Numbered from the stretch's first letter, positions 53,707-63,800 are shown. The stretch: 64,000 nucleotides of DNA from Candidatus Brocadiia bacterium (GCA_050015075.1 JBEKCB010000020.1:25410-89409); one strand, 5' to 3'. Notes: generated from the letters alone by a model not told the origin. Program-made: numbers and translations.

Positions 53707-54341
53707 CGCCATTGCCGAATGCCGAATACCGCGGGACGACGGCCCGGCACGGGATGCGCGGCCGGCATTCCGCCTCCAGGCGGGCCGGGTTCACGCTCGT
53801 CGAGGTGCTCGCCAGCCTAACGGTGGTCCTGATCGCGCTGCCGGTGGCGATGGAGGCGATCACCCTTTCGAACGCGACGGCCACCCGCGCCCGGCGCCAG
53901 CTCGAAGCCGCGAACCTGGCCGCGTCCAAACTGGCCGAACTGGTGGCCACCAACCAGTGGCAGAACGGGAACTCCTCCGGGGATTTCAGCAATTACAGCA
54001 CCAGCTTTCCGGATTACACCTGGACCTCCACGGTGACGCAATATCAGGAAGCGACCACCGCCACCACCGCGGCGGTCACGAGCACCTCGGGAACCACGCT
54101 GGGCGGCGGCACGGGCCTGTCGGGAACCTCCGCCTCCACGCCGGGGAGTTCGAGCACCCCGGGATCCACGCTCGGGAACACGAGCCTGGGCGCGGGATCC
54201 ACGATGGGGAGCACCACCGCACTGGCCGTGACGCTGCAGGAGTTGGACGTGACGGTGTCCTGGCCGGGACACACCGCCAGTTCAACGCCTTTCTCGATTA
54301 CGCTGAGCACGTTGATTTATCCAGGGCTTGGGAGTACGTAA
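53703..54341 (+). CDS. gspI: Minor pseudopilin, GspI-like, with a Thr/Ser/Gly-rich insert
   Basis: GFTLVEVL, A..LAASKLAE, ELDVTVSW; position in the operon. Confidence 0.75.
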   Translation: MTPLPNAEYRGTTARHGMRGRHSASRRAGFTLVEVLASLTVVLIALPVAMEAITLSNATATRARRQLEAANLAASKLAELVATNQWQNGNSSGDFSNYSTSFPDYTWTSTVTQYQEATTATTAAVTSTSGTTLGGGTGLSGTSASTPGSSSTPGSTLGNTSLGAGSTMGSTTALAVTLQELDVTVSWPGHTASSTPFSITLSTLIYPGLGST

Positions 54342-54345
54342 AGCG

Positions 54346-55182
54346 ATGCGCCTTCGATCGAGACAATTTTCATTCACGCTGCTGGAGCTGCTGGTGGCGC
54401 TGGTTTTGACGGTCGCGCTGGTCAGCTCGCTCTATGTCTGCTTCCGGATCGCCTTCAAGAGCCGCGACCACACGGAAGCGGCCATCGTGCCGGCGCGGAC
54501 GGCGTTGTACGCGCTCGAACTGATGCGCCTGGACCTCGACTCCGCCATGGTGCCGAACAACGTGATGGCCGGGCCGTTCGAGGGCACGCCCGTCGGCGAG
54601 ACGCCGGCGGTCACCGTCCAGAATGTGAACCTCGGCATCGGCGCCACGACCACGAGCACTGCCAGCGCCAACGGCGATACGCTCTCCTTCTACTCCTGCG
54701 CGGAGGAGCCGGAGAGCCCGTACCTGGCGCTGGCTCAAGCGTCGGGGCAGACGCCCAACCCGCTCGCCCCGACGGTGTCCGCCTGCGACATCCGCCAGGT
54801 CACGTACTCGCTCGTGCCGCAGCCGAACGACACGACCGGCACGCTCTTCATACTCCAGCGGAGCATCTCCACCGACCTGCTCGCGCCGGAAGCGCCTCCG
54901 CCGGTCCTGGACAACATCTGCGACAACGTCCTGGCGCTCAATTTCCAGTATTTCGACGGGACGAACTGGTGGCCCAACTGGGACTCGACCCAGCAGGACA
55001 ACACGCTGCCGACGGCCGTGCAGGTGACGCTGCAACTGCAGCCGCCGATCCTGGGCCAGCCGGACCCGAACAACCCGCCGACCCCTTACGTGGTCGTGCG
55101 CATTTTCCAGCCGCCGTGCGGCCCGACGACGGTCGGGAACGCGATTGAAGCGCTGCCGGCCAGCGCAGGCACGTCGCCGTGA
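54346..55182 (+). CDS. gspJ: Minor pseudopilin, GspJ-like
   Basis: SFTLLELLVAL, FQYFDG..W...WD, LPTAVQVTL. Confidence 0.8.
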   Translation: MRLRSRQFSFTLLELLVALVLTVALVSSLYVCFRIAFKSRDHTEAAIVPARTALYALELMRLDLDSAMVPNNVMAGPFEGTPVGETPAVTVQNVNLGIGATTTSTASANGDTLSFYSCAEEPESPYLALAQASGQTPNPLAPTVSACDIRQVTYSLVPQPNDTTGTLFILQRSISTDLLAPEAPPPVLDNICDNVLALNFQYFDGTNWWPNWDSTQQDNTLPTAVQVTLQLQPPILGQPDPNNPPTPYVVVRIFQPPCGPTTVGNAIEALPASAGTSP

Positions 55183-55193
55183 TCCGAGGAGCC

Positions 55194-56549
55194 ATGAACC
55201 ATCGCCACAACATAACTTGCGCCGGCGCATTCACCGGCGGCCCGCGCGGCGCGGTGATGATCGTCACGCTGTGGATCGTCCTGGGCATCTCCGCCCTGGT
55301 GCTGATTTTCGCCCGCTCCGTGGCGGTGGAACTGTTCGCCTCGGCCAACCAGGTGTCCGCCTTGCAGGCCGACGCGGTGGCCAAGGGCGCGCTGCAGTAC
55401 GTCATCGCGCAGCTCGACAACAGCGACGGCGCCATACCCGACCCGACCACGTTCCCGTGCCAGGCGGTCAGCGTCGGCGCCGGATACTTCTGGATCCTGC
55501 GCCCGCCCGGCGACAGCGAGACCGCCTATTGCTTCGGCCTGGTGGACGAAGCCTCCAAGCTCAACCTCAATTCGGCAACCGCCGACGAGCTGATGAACCT
55601 GCCGAACATGACGCTCGACATCGCCACTTCCATCGTGAACTGGCGCAGCGCGGAGAGCGCCGCTTCAGCCGACGGCGCCAGCGACAGCTATTATCTCTCG
55701 CTGCCCCAGCCTTACAACTGCAAGCACGCCCCGTTTGAAACGGTCGAGGAGCTTCTCCTGGTCGATGGCGTCACGCCGCAGTTGCTCTACGGCGACGACA
55801 CCAACCGAAACGGCATACTCGATCCCAACGAGTTCAACACCTCGCTGGGCGTGTCCGGATCGAGTGTCTCGACAGGAACCGCAGTGGATGGCGGCTGGAA
55901 CAACTACGTGACCGTCTACAGTTCCCAGCCGGCCACCGCCACTTCCACCGGCGGCCGCTCAGGCGGCGCCGGAACCCGCACAGGCGGCGGAACAACCGGT
56001 ACAGGTGGCAGAGGCGGCGCGAGCACCGGAACCGGCATGGGCGGCGGAACCGGCATGGGCGGCGGAACCACCGGCACGGGCACCGGAACCCGCACGGGCA
56101 CAGGGACCGGGACTGCCGTGGCGGGTACCACCGGCCTGGGCCTGATCAATGTGAACACCGCCCAGACGCCGGTGCTGCTGTGCCTGCCCGGCCTCGAACA
56201 GGCCGACGTCAGCGTGTTGATCAACTATCGCAACGCCACCGGCTCCGATACGAGCACCATCGCCTGGGTCTCCACAGCGATCGGGCGGACCAAGGCGGCG
56301 GCGCTGGCCAGCCTCATCACCGTCCAGTCGTTCCAGTTTGCCGCCGATATCGTCGCCGTCAGCGGCGACGGGCGCGCCTTCAGGCGCTATCGTGCGATCG
56401 TGGACGCCAGCACCAGTCCGCCCCAGGTGCTGTATTGGAAAGACCTCACGTATCTGGGTTGGCCTCTGGACCCGACCATCCTGACCTCGCTGCGCAGCGG
56501 AACCGGGATCGCCGGCACCACCGCCTCCGCGGTGGGAGGAGGCCAGTAA
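55194..56549 (+). CDS. gspK: Minor pseudopilin, GspK-like, with a Gly/Thr-rich insert
   Basis: RGAVMIVTLW, DEASKLNLN, FETVEELLLV.G, INVNTA. Confidence 0.88.
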   Translation: MNHRHNITCAGAFTGGPRGAVMIVTLWIVLGISALVLIFARSVAVELFASANQVSALQADAVAKGALQYVIAQLDNSDGAIPDPTTFPCQAVSVGAGYFWILRPPGDSETAYCFGLVDEASKLNLNSATADELMNLPNMTLDIATSIVNWRSAESAASADGASDSYYLSLPQPYNCKHAPFETVEELLLVDGVTPQLLYGDDTNRNGILDPNEFNTSLGVSGSSVSTGTAVDGGWNNYVTVYSSQPATATSTGGRSGGAGTRTGGGTTGTGGRGGASTGTGMGGGTGMGGGTTGTGTGTRTGTGTGTAVAGTTGLGLINVNTAQTPVLLCLPGLEQADVSVLINYRNATGSDTSTIAWVSTAIGRTKAAALASLITVQSFQFAADIVAVSGDGRAFRRYRAIVDASTSPPQVLYWKDLTYLGWPLDPTILTSLRSGTGIAGTTASAVGGGQ

Positions 56550-58072
56550 TGAAGATGGGAAACCGCAAAGTGCTGGGCATAGCCTTCGAAGAGCGTTACG
56601 CGGTCGTCTCGGAAGTGCGCCTCGCGCGCGGCATCCGCCACGTGGAGCGCACCGGCGAATTCGTGTTCCCCGACGAGACCGGCTGGCAGGACCCGCAGCG
56701 CCTCGGCAAGGCGTTCGGCCAGTTCCTGCGCGAGCAGCATTTCGGCGCCCGCCGCGCCGTGGTCGGTCTGCCGGCGAAGTGGCTCATGGCGCGCGAGGTG
56801 AACGTTCCGCCCGCGGCGCCGGCGGCGACGGCGAATATCGTGCGGCTCGAGGCCGAGCGCGAGTTCTCGCCGGACCCGACGGCCCTCGGCCTGGATTACG
56901 CGGACGCGCTCGACGCGCGCGCAGCCCGGCCGGTGTTCCTCGTCGGGGCGCTGCGCGAGCGGCTCAACCAGGTGCAGGCCGTGGCGGAAGCCGCGCGCAT
57001 CAAACTGCTGGCGGTGACTTCCAGCGCGCTGGCGGTGTCGTCGGCGACGACCGACTCGTCGGCGGCGGTGGGGATCACGCTGGTCCTGCGTCCGGGGAAC
57101 TCCGACCTGGTCGCATGCCTCGGCCGTCATTTCTGCGTCATGCAGCACGTGCTGATCCCGGAACCGGGCTCGGGCGGCGTCGAAAGCGCTCCGGGCGTCC
57201 TGATCGCCGCGCTCGAGACGGAAGTTCGCCGCGCGCTCGGAACGGTCACCCGCACCCACACCCAGGAAGGCGCCGCCGAACTGACGATCTGGGACGGCAT
57301 CGGCCTGCCCGCGGACGCCTTGCGCGGCATGACCGCCCATCTCGGCTTCGAGGTCAAGCTCCGGAGCCAACTGCCCGAGGTCAGCCTTCTCCCGGCGCAG
57401 ATGGGCGAAGCCCCGTCGCTCGTCCGGTTCGTTCCGGCGACGGCGCTGGCCATCTCCGCCCTCAACGGGCACCGCCCGCCGATAGACCTGCTGCACTCGC
57501 GGCTGGAGCCGCCGGCGAAGAAACTGCTCGGGCGCCGCGCGCTGCTGGCGCTGGGCACGGCGGTCGCCGTCGCCGCGGTCGTCTTCGCGCTGGCCGCCTG
57601 GTGGCATAAGACGCAGGCCAGCGTGACCCTCAAAAAGCTGCAGTACGAAAAGCTGAAACCGCAGATTGACGTGGCGCAGGAACTGGTGGACAAGATCGCC
57701 CTGACGCGCGACTGGTACGAAGGCCGGCCGCGGCTGCTCGACTGCCTGCGCGAGCTGACGCTGGCCACCTCCTCGGACGGGCGCGTCTGGTTCACCAAGG
57801 TCACCATCAAGCCGGTCATCGTGATCGAGAAAAAACCGGCCGCGCCGCTGCCGGGCAAGTCGCCACCGCCCAAGGTGACGCCGAAGAAAATGCTGGACGT
57901 GGCGCTGATCGGAGTCGCCTCCGACGAGAGGCCGCTGCTGGAGTTCCGCGACCGCCTCGGCAAGGTCAAGGGCGTCTCCGACGTGAAGGAATCCATGAAC
58001 GCGCGGACGGGCGCCAAGACCGGGCGCGAAGTCGGGTTCTCCCTCAGTTACAATTACATCGCGCCGGAGTGA
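56549..58072 (+). CDS. GspL-like protein (PilM-like actin-fold domain + TM + PilN-like domain)
   Basis: VLGIAF N-terminus, IDLL before a single TM, periplasmic coiled coil; ATG overlaps the gspK stop. Confidence 0.7.
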   Translation: MKMGNRKVLGIAFEERYAVVSEVRLARGIRHVERTGEFVFPDETGWQDPQRLGKAFGQFLREQHFGARRAVVGLPAKWLMAREVNVPPAAPAATANIVRLEAEREFSPDPTALGLDYADALDARAARPVFLVGALRERLNQVQAVAEAARIKLLAVTSSALAVSSATTDSSAAVGITLVLRPGNSDLVACLGRHFCVMQHVLIPEPGSGGVESAPGVLIAALETEVRRALGTVTRTHTQEGAAELTIWDGIGLPADALRGMTAHLGFEVKLRSQLPEVSLLPAQMGEAPSLVRFVPATALAISALNGHRPPIDLLHSRLEPPAKKLLGRRALLALGTAVAVAAVVFALAAWWHKTQASVTLKKLQYEKLKPQIDVAQELVDKIALTRDWYEGRPRLLDCLRELTLATSSDGRVWFTKVTIKPVIVIEKKPAAPLPGKSPPPKVTPKKMLDVALIGVASDERPLLEFRDRLGKVKGVSDVKESMNARTGAKTGREVGFSLSYNYIAPE

Positions 58073-58076
58073 GCCT

Positions 58077-58652
58077 ATGGTGCTTTCCAAACGCGAACGG
58101 ACCATCGCCCTGACGACGCTGGCCGCGGTCGCCATCCTGGTCCTCGACCAGTTGGTGTTTGAGCCGGTTCGTGCGCAGTTCGCCCAGTTGAGCGCGGACG
58201 ATGAGCATTACACCAAGATGCTGACCGACGCCAACAGGCTCTTCATGAACCGGAAGGCGACCGAGGCCCGGTGGAATCAAATGGTCGCCGACGGCCTGAA
58301 GTCCGACGCCGCCGAAATGGAAGCTGCGCTCGACCGCGCCGTGTATGAATGGGCGCAGGCCTCGGGCCTGACCCTGAAATCCTGCACCCCCGAGCGGACG
58401 ATGCAGAAGGAGCGCCCGGAGGTGGTGCTCTACGTCGTCGGCAACGGCAACATGAATGCCGTGGCGCATTTCCTCTACCGGGCGCAGACCAGCAGGCTGC
58501 CGGTCCAGCCGGAGGATTTGGAGATCGGCTCGCGCCGCGAAGCCACCGACGACCTCACGCTGACGCTGCACATTTCCGGATTCTATTTCCCCGCCGGCTT
58601 TAAAGTCGCCTCGACCGATGTCGCCGCGCCCGCCGCGGGAGGGACCCACTAA
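58077..58652 (+). CDS. GspM/PilO-like protein
   Basis: LSKRER followed by a TM and coiled coil; position in the operon. Confidence 0.7.
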   Translation: MVLSKRERTIALTTLAAVAILVLDQLVFEPVRAQFAQLSADDEHYTKMLTDANRLFMNRKATEARWNQMVADGLKSDAAEMEAALDRAVYEWAQASGLTLKSCTPERTMQKERPEVVLYVVGNGNMNAVAHFLYRAQTSRLPVQPEDLEIGSRREATDDLTLTLHISGFYFPAGFKVASTDVAAPAAGGTH

Positions 58653-59281
58653 TGATCTGGCGAAAGGTTATGCTCGGCGCCATGGCCCTCTGTCTGGCGG
58701 CGGTCTCGCCGGCCGCGCTCGCCGCGCCCGCCGCCGCGCCCGCCGCGCGTCCCGCGACGAAGACGCCGGCCCAGGAGTCGTTTGACAGGTACCAGGTGCT
58801 CCTGTCGAACAACATCTTCGTGCGCGATCGCGCCCGGTGGAACCCGAGAGGGCGCGCCGCCGCCGGGTCGCCGCTCACCCCGGAGGAAGCCACCGCGCTG
58901 CGCGGGGTTGTCCGGCAGGGAGAAGGCGCGAACGCCACTTACTATGTTTTCCTCGAGGATGTCCGTACTCAGGAGACGACGAAGATGCGCGTCGGCGCTC
59001 CGGTCTGCGCAGGAAAGCTGGTCAATCCGACGCTCGACAGCGTGGACTACCTGAAGAACGGCGTCGCGAAGCGGATCCAGGTCGGCCAGAACCTGACCGG
59101 CAAGCAGGCGGCGACGCCCGCTCCCGCTCAACCGGCCGGGGATGACAACGGCAACGCCCCGGCCTTGCAGCCGGTGGTGCGGGGCACCGGCGCGAGCCCC
59201 GCCTCCACAGCGCCGGCGCTCTCTCCGGAAAAACTTCTCGAACAGATGCGACAGAAGCGCCTGAAGGAGTTGGGAAAATGA
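58652..59281 (+). CDS. GspC/PilP-like periplasmic protein
   Basis: Signal peptide, NNIF motif, LRGV...FLED beta domain, directly before the secretin. Confidence 0.55.
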   Translation: MIWRKVMLGAMALCLAAVSPAALAAPAAAPAARPATKTPAQESFDRYQVLLSNNIFVRDRARWNPRGRAAAGSPLTPEEATALRGVVRQGEGANATYYVFLEDVRTQETTKMRVGAPVCAGKLVNPTLDSVDYLKNGVAKRIQVGQNLTGKQAATPAPAQPAGDDNGNAPALQPVVRGTGASPASTAPALSPEKLLEQMRQKRLKELGK

Positions 59282-62208
59282 AAACGCTTCAGCCGATCCG
59301 CATTGTGGATCAGTCCCGCACCCCTCTTAGCGAAAGGCCGAGGTCCATGCGTACCCTCCGATCCGCCGCCTGTCTTGCGTTTGCCCTGACGCTGCTCGTT
59401 GCGGGTGGAGCAGCCTTCGCTCAGTCGGCTCCGGCGACCACGGCCGCCCCGGCGACCACGGTTTCGCCCGCCGCGCCGACGATCGGGGCCGCGCCGGCGG
59501 CGACGACCGCGCCCGACGCGTCAACGGTCGGGACCGCGCCGGCGACTACGGCTTCGTCCGAGGCTCCAACGACCGAGGGCGCCGCGGCGGCTACGACGCC
59601 TGCGCTGCCGCCCTCCTGGACGCCCGTTCAACAACTGGCGGCCACGACGACGCCGGCCGCGACCGGCTCATCGCCTGCGGGCACGACGCCGCCCGTGACC
59701 GGCGCATCGGCGGCAGATACCACGCCGCCCGTGACCGGCGCATCGGCGGCGGACACCACGCCGCCCACGACCGGCCCATCGTCGGCAGACACCACGCCGC
59801 CCACGACCGGCGCGTCGCCTGCGGACACGACACCACCCACGACCGGCGCGTCGCCTGCGGGCACCACGCCGCCCATTACGCCGGGAATGGTCACCGAAGC
59901 GCCGCTCCCGATCGGGCCGCCCGCCGCCGCCAGCGGCCATGTCCTCAATTTCAACGAGGCGCCGATTGACCTGGTTTTGAAGTACCTGGCGGAGAGCGTA
60001 GGTTTGCAGGTGGTCAAGCAATCGCCCATGGCGGACGTGCGCGTGACCATCATCGGCCAGCAGCCGATCTACGTCGAGGACACCATCTCGCTGCTCAATT
60101 CCGCCCTCAACGTCAAGGGATATGCCGCCATCCGGTCCGGCGCCGACGGCCGCATCCTGAAGATCGTGACGCTCGAAGACGCCAAGAAACTCAACGTGCC
60201 GGTGCACAAAGGCAGCCAGCCCGACCTGATTCCCACGACCGACGAAGTCATCACGCAGGTGATGCCGCTGCGGTACATTGACGCGACGCGGCTGCGGCAG
60301 GACCTGACGCCGCTGGTGGCCGCTTCGGCGAGCATCACCTCGAACGCCGCCGGGAACTCCCTGGTCGTGACCGACACCAGCGCCAACGTGCACCGCATCG
60401 CGGAGATCGTGTGGGCGCTCGATGTCAACACAGCGGGCGCCTCCGAGGTGAGGATCTATGCGCTCAAGAACGCCGACGCGACCAGCGCCGTGAAGCTCAT
60501 CACGGACATCTTCAAGCCGGACCAGACCACGACGGGCCCGGGCGGGTTCTTGCGGGGCATGGCCAGGTTCATGATGGCCGGCAGAGGCGGCGGTGGCGGC
60601 GGTGGCGGCGGCACGCCGGCCGACACGAGCACCCCGTTCCAGCCGCCGACCGTCAAGGCCTCCGCCGACACTCGGACCAACTCGGTGGTCGTCACCGGCC
60701 CGCCGGAATCCCTGGTAGTCGTTGACGGCATCATCAAGAGCCTCGAGTCCAACGGCATCGAGCCGCAGGGGGTTTTCGTCTACGCGCTGAAGAACGGCAC
60801 GTCGGCGGACATCGCGCCCGTGCTGAACAACATCATGGGCACCAGCACCAGCACCACCGGCGTGGGGACGCGGTCCACCCAGCCCCAAGGCGCGAACGCG
60901 GCAAACTCGGCCCTGGCGGGCCAGAACGGGCTCTACGGCCAGGTCTACGTGGTGGCCAATCCCGACACCAACTCGCTGCTGGTCATGACCATGCCCAAGT
61001 ATTTCGAGCAAGTCAAGGGGATCATCAAGACCCTCGACCGGCCGATTCCGCAGGTGCTCATCCGCGTGCTGATCGCCGAGATCACGCATGAGGACACGAT
61101 AGACCTCGGCGCGGACTTCTCCTTCCTCAACCTGACGAGCGCTTCAGTGACCGGAAACGTGTTTGGCAGCCAGTTGTCCAGCAACGTCGCCGAGTTGCCG
61201 AATCCCGCCGTGGGCGGGTTGGTCTTCACGACCCTCAACAAGGACTTCAGCGCCACGGTCCGCGCCCTGCAGACGATCAGCAAACTCGACGTCCTCTCCC
61301 GGCCTTACATCCTCGCCAGCGACAACCAGAAGGCCAATTTCCAGGACGTCTTCCAGTGGCCCTTTGCCTCGGGTTCGCGCGCGGACGTCAACGGGAATGT
61401 GGACACCACGGTCACCTGGCAGACGCTGGGCATCAGCCTCAACGTCACGCCGCACATCAACCCCGATGGCCTCGTGACGATGCTCATCAACCCGGAGATT
61501 GACACGCTCACCGGACAGACCGTCGTGATCCAGGCCGCAACCTCAAGCTCGCCCGGGCTGAGCGAACAGGTCTGGGGCAAGCGCATCGCCACGAGCCAGG
61601 TCGCCGTCCGCAACGGGCAGACCATCGTCATCGGCGGCATGATCCAGGACGAGAAGACCGATACGCTCAACAAGATCCCGTTCCTCGGCGACATCCCGCT
61701 GATCGGCCAGTTGTTCACGCACACCGTGCACGACAAGAAGAAGACCGAGGTGCTGATCTTCCTCGCGCCGATGGTCGCGATGAATCAAGAGGAATTGAGG
61801 GCGCTGTCGAAGGTGGAGGAGGAAGGCGCCGGTCAGGAGCTCCACGATGCCGTCGCGCCGGGCACCTTCGAATCGCACCTCAAGGCCATGCGGTCGCAGG
61901 CGCCGCCGACCTCGTCGCTGCCGCCGATGGCGCCGTTGACGGATCCGTCACAGACTCTGATCATGCCGCCGCAGGCGCCCGCGACGCCGATTGATCCGCT
62001 GCAGCCTCAACCGCCGCAGACTCAGTCACCGCAGACGCCGGCTCCGCAGACTGATTCGTCGCAGGCTCAGCCGCCGCAGACGCCCGCGCCGCAGGCTCAA
62101 CCGCCGCAGGCGCAGTCGTCGGACACTCAGCCGCCGCAGATGCAGACGCCGCAGACTCAGGCTCCGCCGGCTCAGTCGCCGCCGGCGCCGCAGACGCCGG
62201 GCCCGTGA
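59278..62208 (+). CDS. gspD: Secretin GspD with Thr/Pro-rich N-terminal and Pro/Gln-rich C-terminal extensions
   Basis: LNFNEAPI N0 domain, N-domain repeats (ADTRTNSVVV, NPDTNSLLV), LDRPIPQVLI, L.VTPHIN, GQTIVIGG, KIPFLGDIPLIGQLF; start may be 59347. Confidence 0.92.
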   Translation: MKTLQPIRIVDQSRTPLSERPRSMRTLRSAACLAFALTLLVAGGAAFAQSAPATTAAPATTVSPAAPTIGAAPAATTAPDASTVGTAPATTASSEAPTTEGAAAATTPALPPSWTPVQQLAATTTPAATGSSPAGTTPPVTGASAADTTPPVTGASAADTTPPTTGPSSADTTPPTTGASPADTTPPTTGASPAGTTPPITPGMVTEAPLPIGPPAAASGHVLNFNEAPIDLVLKYLAESVGLQVVKQSPMADVRVTIIGQQPIYVEDTISLLNSALNVKGYAAIRSGADGRILKIVTLEDAKKLNVPVHKGSQPDLIPTTDEVITQVMPLRYIDATRLRQDLTPLVAASASITSNAAGNSLVVTDTSANVHRIAEIVWALDVNTAGASEVRIYALKNADATSAVKLITDIFKPDQTTTGPGGFLRGMARFMMAGRGGGGGGGGGTPADTSTPFQPPTVKASADTRTNSVVVTGPPESLVVVDGIIKSLESNGIEPQGVFVYALKNGTSADIAPVLNNIMGTSTSTTGVGTRSTQPQGANAANSALAGQNGLYGQVYVVANPDTNSLLVMTMPKYFEQVKGIIKTLDRPIPQVLIRVLIAEITHEDTIDLGADFSFLNLTSASVTGNVFGSQLSSNVAELPNPAVGGLVFTTLNKDFSATVRALQTISKLDVLSRPYILASDNQKANFQDVFQWPFASGSRADVNGNVDTTVTWQTLGISLNVTPHINPDGLVTMLINPEIDTLTGQTVVIQAATSSSPGLSEQVWGKRIATSQVAVRNGQTIVIGGMIQDEKTDTLNKIPFLGDIPLIGQLFTHTVHDKKKTEVLIFLAPMVAMNQEELRALSKVEEEGAGQELHDAVAPGTFESHLKAMRSQAPPTSSLPPMAPLTDPSQTLIMPPQAPATPIDPLQPQPPQTQSPQTPAPQTDSSQAQPPQTPAPQAQPPQAQSSDTQPPQMQTPQTQAPPAQSPPAPQTPGP
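59647..59880 (+). repeat. Intragenic 36-bp (12-aa, TTPPxTGxSxAD) tandem repeat, about 6.5 copies
   Basis: Visible in both DNA and translation. Confidence 0.85.
62000..62205 (+). repeat. Intragenic 15-bp (5-aa, PQTQx-like) repeat
   Basis: CCGCAGACTCAG-like units at the secretin C-terminus. Confidence 0.75.
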
Positions 62209-62281
62209 GGCAGCGCACCATTCACGCCCGGAGCAGCCGCAACGCTTCGCCAGGGCCGGAGGCAAACGCTTCCGGCCCTGC

Positions 62282-62965
62282 TCATTTCCGGCAAACGCTC
62301 AGCATGCGGTCGCCGCCGCGCTGGAATTCATACGGAACGGTCTCGATCCGCGCGCCGAATCCTTCCGAGGCCAGCCGGGCCAGGATGGAATCGAGGTGCC
62401 GCGACTTCACGGCGCCCAGTTCCAGCAGCGGGAAGATCCTCGCCTCGCGCGCCACGCGGCAAAGCTCCACGATGGACCGGACGTGGAAGTCCTCCGAGAG
62501 ACGCCCGCTGTAGAGAAACAGGAAATGCGAGCAGAGCGCCAGGTCGAACTCGCCGTCCGCGAAGGGCAAGTCGGGCAGCCCCGCTGCGATGTAACGCCCC
62601 TCGCGCCGCCCGGCCGGATAGTCGGCCAGGAATTCCTCCATCGCCGCCATCCGGACGCGGCCGAGTTCGGCGACGGAGGCGATGTTCCGCCAGACGAACT
62701 CGCGCCGGTTACGCCGCGTCTGTTCCATCACCTCCGGATATGTCGCGGCGATGCGCCCCCGGATTTCGTCCGCCGAAAATTGATAGGCCGGGTCCGCTGA
62801 AACGGCCCGGCCGCCGCGTTGGGTCAGGACGCTGTTGAACGCGGCCGGCCCGTCGCCGCAGCCGAGGATGCGCCCGCCGAGATCTTTCCCGGACAGGGCG
62901 AACATCGCCACGTACTCGTCGTACGACCGCCCCCACGGAACCACGTTGTCGAGAGTGAAAGCCAT
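62282..62965 (-). CDS. Class I SAM-dependent methyltransferase-like protein
   Basis: ILGCGDGPAAF, LPFADGEFDLALCSHFLFLY. Confidence 0.85.
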   Translation of the reverse strand: MAFTLDNVVPWGRSYDEYVAMFALSGKDLGGRILGCGDGPAAFNSVLTQRGGRAVSADPAYQFSADEIRGRIAATYPEVMEQTRRNRREFVWRNIASVAELGRVRMAAMEEFLADYPAGRREGRYIAAGLPDLPFADGEFDLALCSHFLFLYSGRLSEDFHVRSIVELCRVAREARIFPLLELGAVKSRHLDSILARLASEGFGARIETVPYEFQRGGDRMLSVCRK

Positions 62966-63051
62966 GCATGTGTCCTGGACACCCGCCGAGTTCCGGCGGC
63001 ATTGTCGGACGTTGGGCGGGCAGAGTCAAGCGGCGAGGAGTTCTCCGGCCG

Positions 63052-63747
63052 TCACAGTTTCTGCGGCTGCGGCGGCTCGGGCCTGGTGTATTTTTCGGCG
63101 CGGTGGCGGACGATCTCGCCCTGGAGCATGTAGATCACGTCCTCGGCGATGTTCGTGGCGTGGTCGGCGATGCGCTCGAGCTGGCGCATGGCGGTGAACT
63201 GGTGGATGAGCGTCTTGAGCCGCGGCGGGCTCTTCTGCACCGCTTCCATGAGCACCGCATACGCCTGGCGGTTGGCGTTGTCCACCTCCTCGTCGGCGGC
63301 GCAGACGCGGTAGGCCAGCGCGACGTCGCGGTTGATGAGCGCGTCGAGGCTCTTCTTGAGCATCGCCTGGGCCTTCGCGGCCATTTCGCGCAGGTTGAAG
63401 GGCATCTCGTCAGGCTCGAGGTTCGACAGGAACTGCGCGCGCTCGGCGATGTTCACGGCCAGGTCGCCGATGCGCTCCAGATCGCTGTTCATCTTCAGGA
63501 TGGCGATGATGAAGCGCAGGTCGCCCGCCACCACCTGGTAGAGCGCCAGCACTTTCAGGCAATCCTCCTCGATGTCCACCTCCATACGGTCAATTTCCTG
63601 GTCCGCGGCGATGACCTCGGCGGCGAGTTTCTCGTCGCGCTTCGACGCGGCCTCGACCGATTTGCGGACCTGCTCCTCGACGAGCGCGCCCAGCGTCAGG
63701 ACGCGCTTCTTGAGCTTCTCGATCTCGTGGAGCAAATGAATGGACAT
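63052..63747 (-). CDS. phoU: Phosphate signalling complex protein PhoU
   Basis: AGDLRFI, DLERIGDLAVNIAE, LERIADHATNIAEDVIY. Confidence 0.95.
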   Translation of the reverse strand: MSIHLLHEIEKLKKRVLTLGALVEEQVRKSVEAASKRDEKLAAEVIAADQEIDRMEVDIEEDCLKVLALYQVVAGDLRFIIAILKMNSDLERIGDLAVNIAERAQFLSNLEPDEMPFNLREMAAKAQAMLKKSLDALINRDVALAYRVCAADEEVDNANRQAYAVLMEAVQKSPPRLKTLIHQFTAMRQLERIADHATNIAEDVIYMLQGEIVRHRAEKYTRPEPPQPQKL

Positions 63748-63800
63748 GCCGTTCGCCCTTTCCCAGTGCGGTTTCCCAGAAATACATTGCACAATGCACG

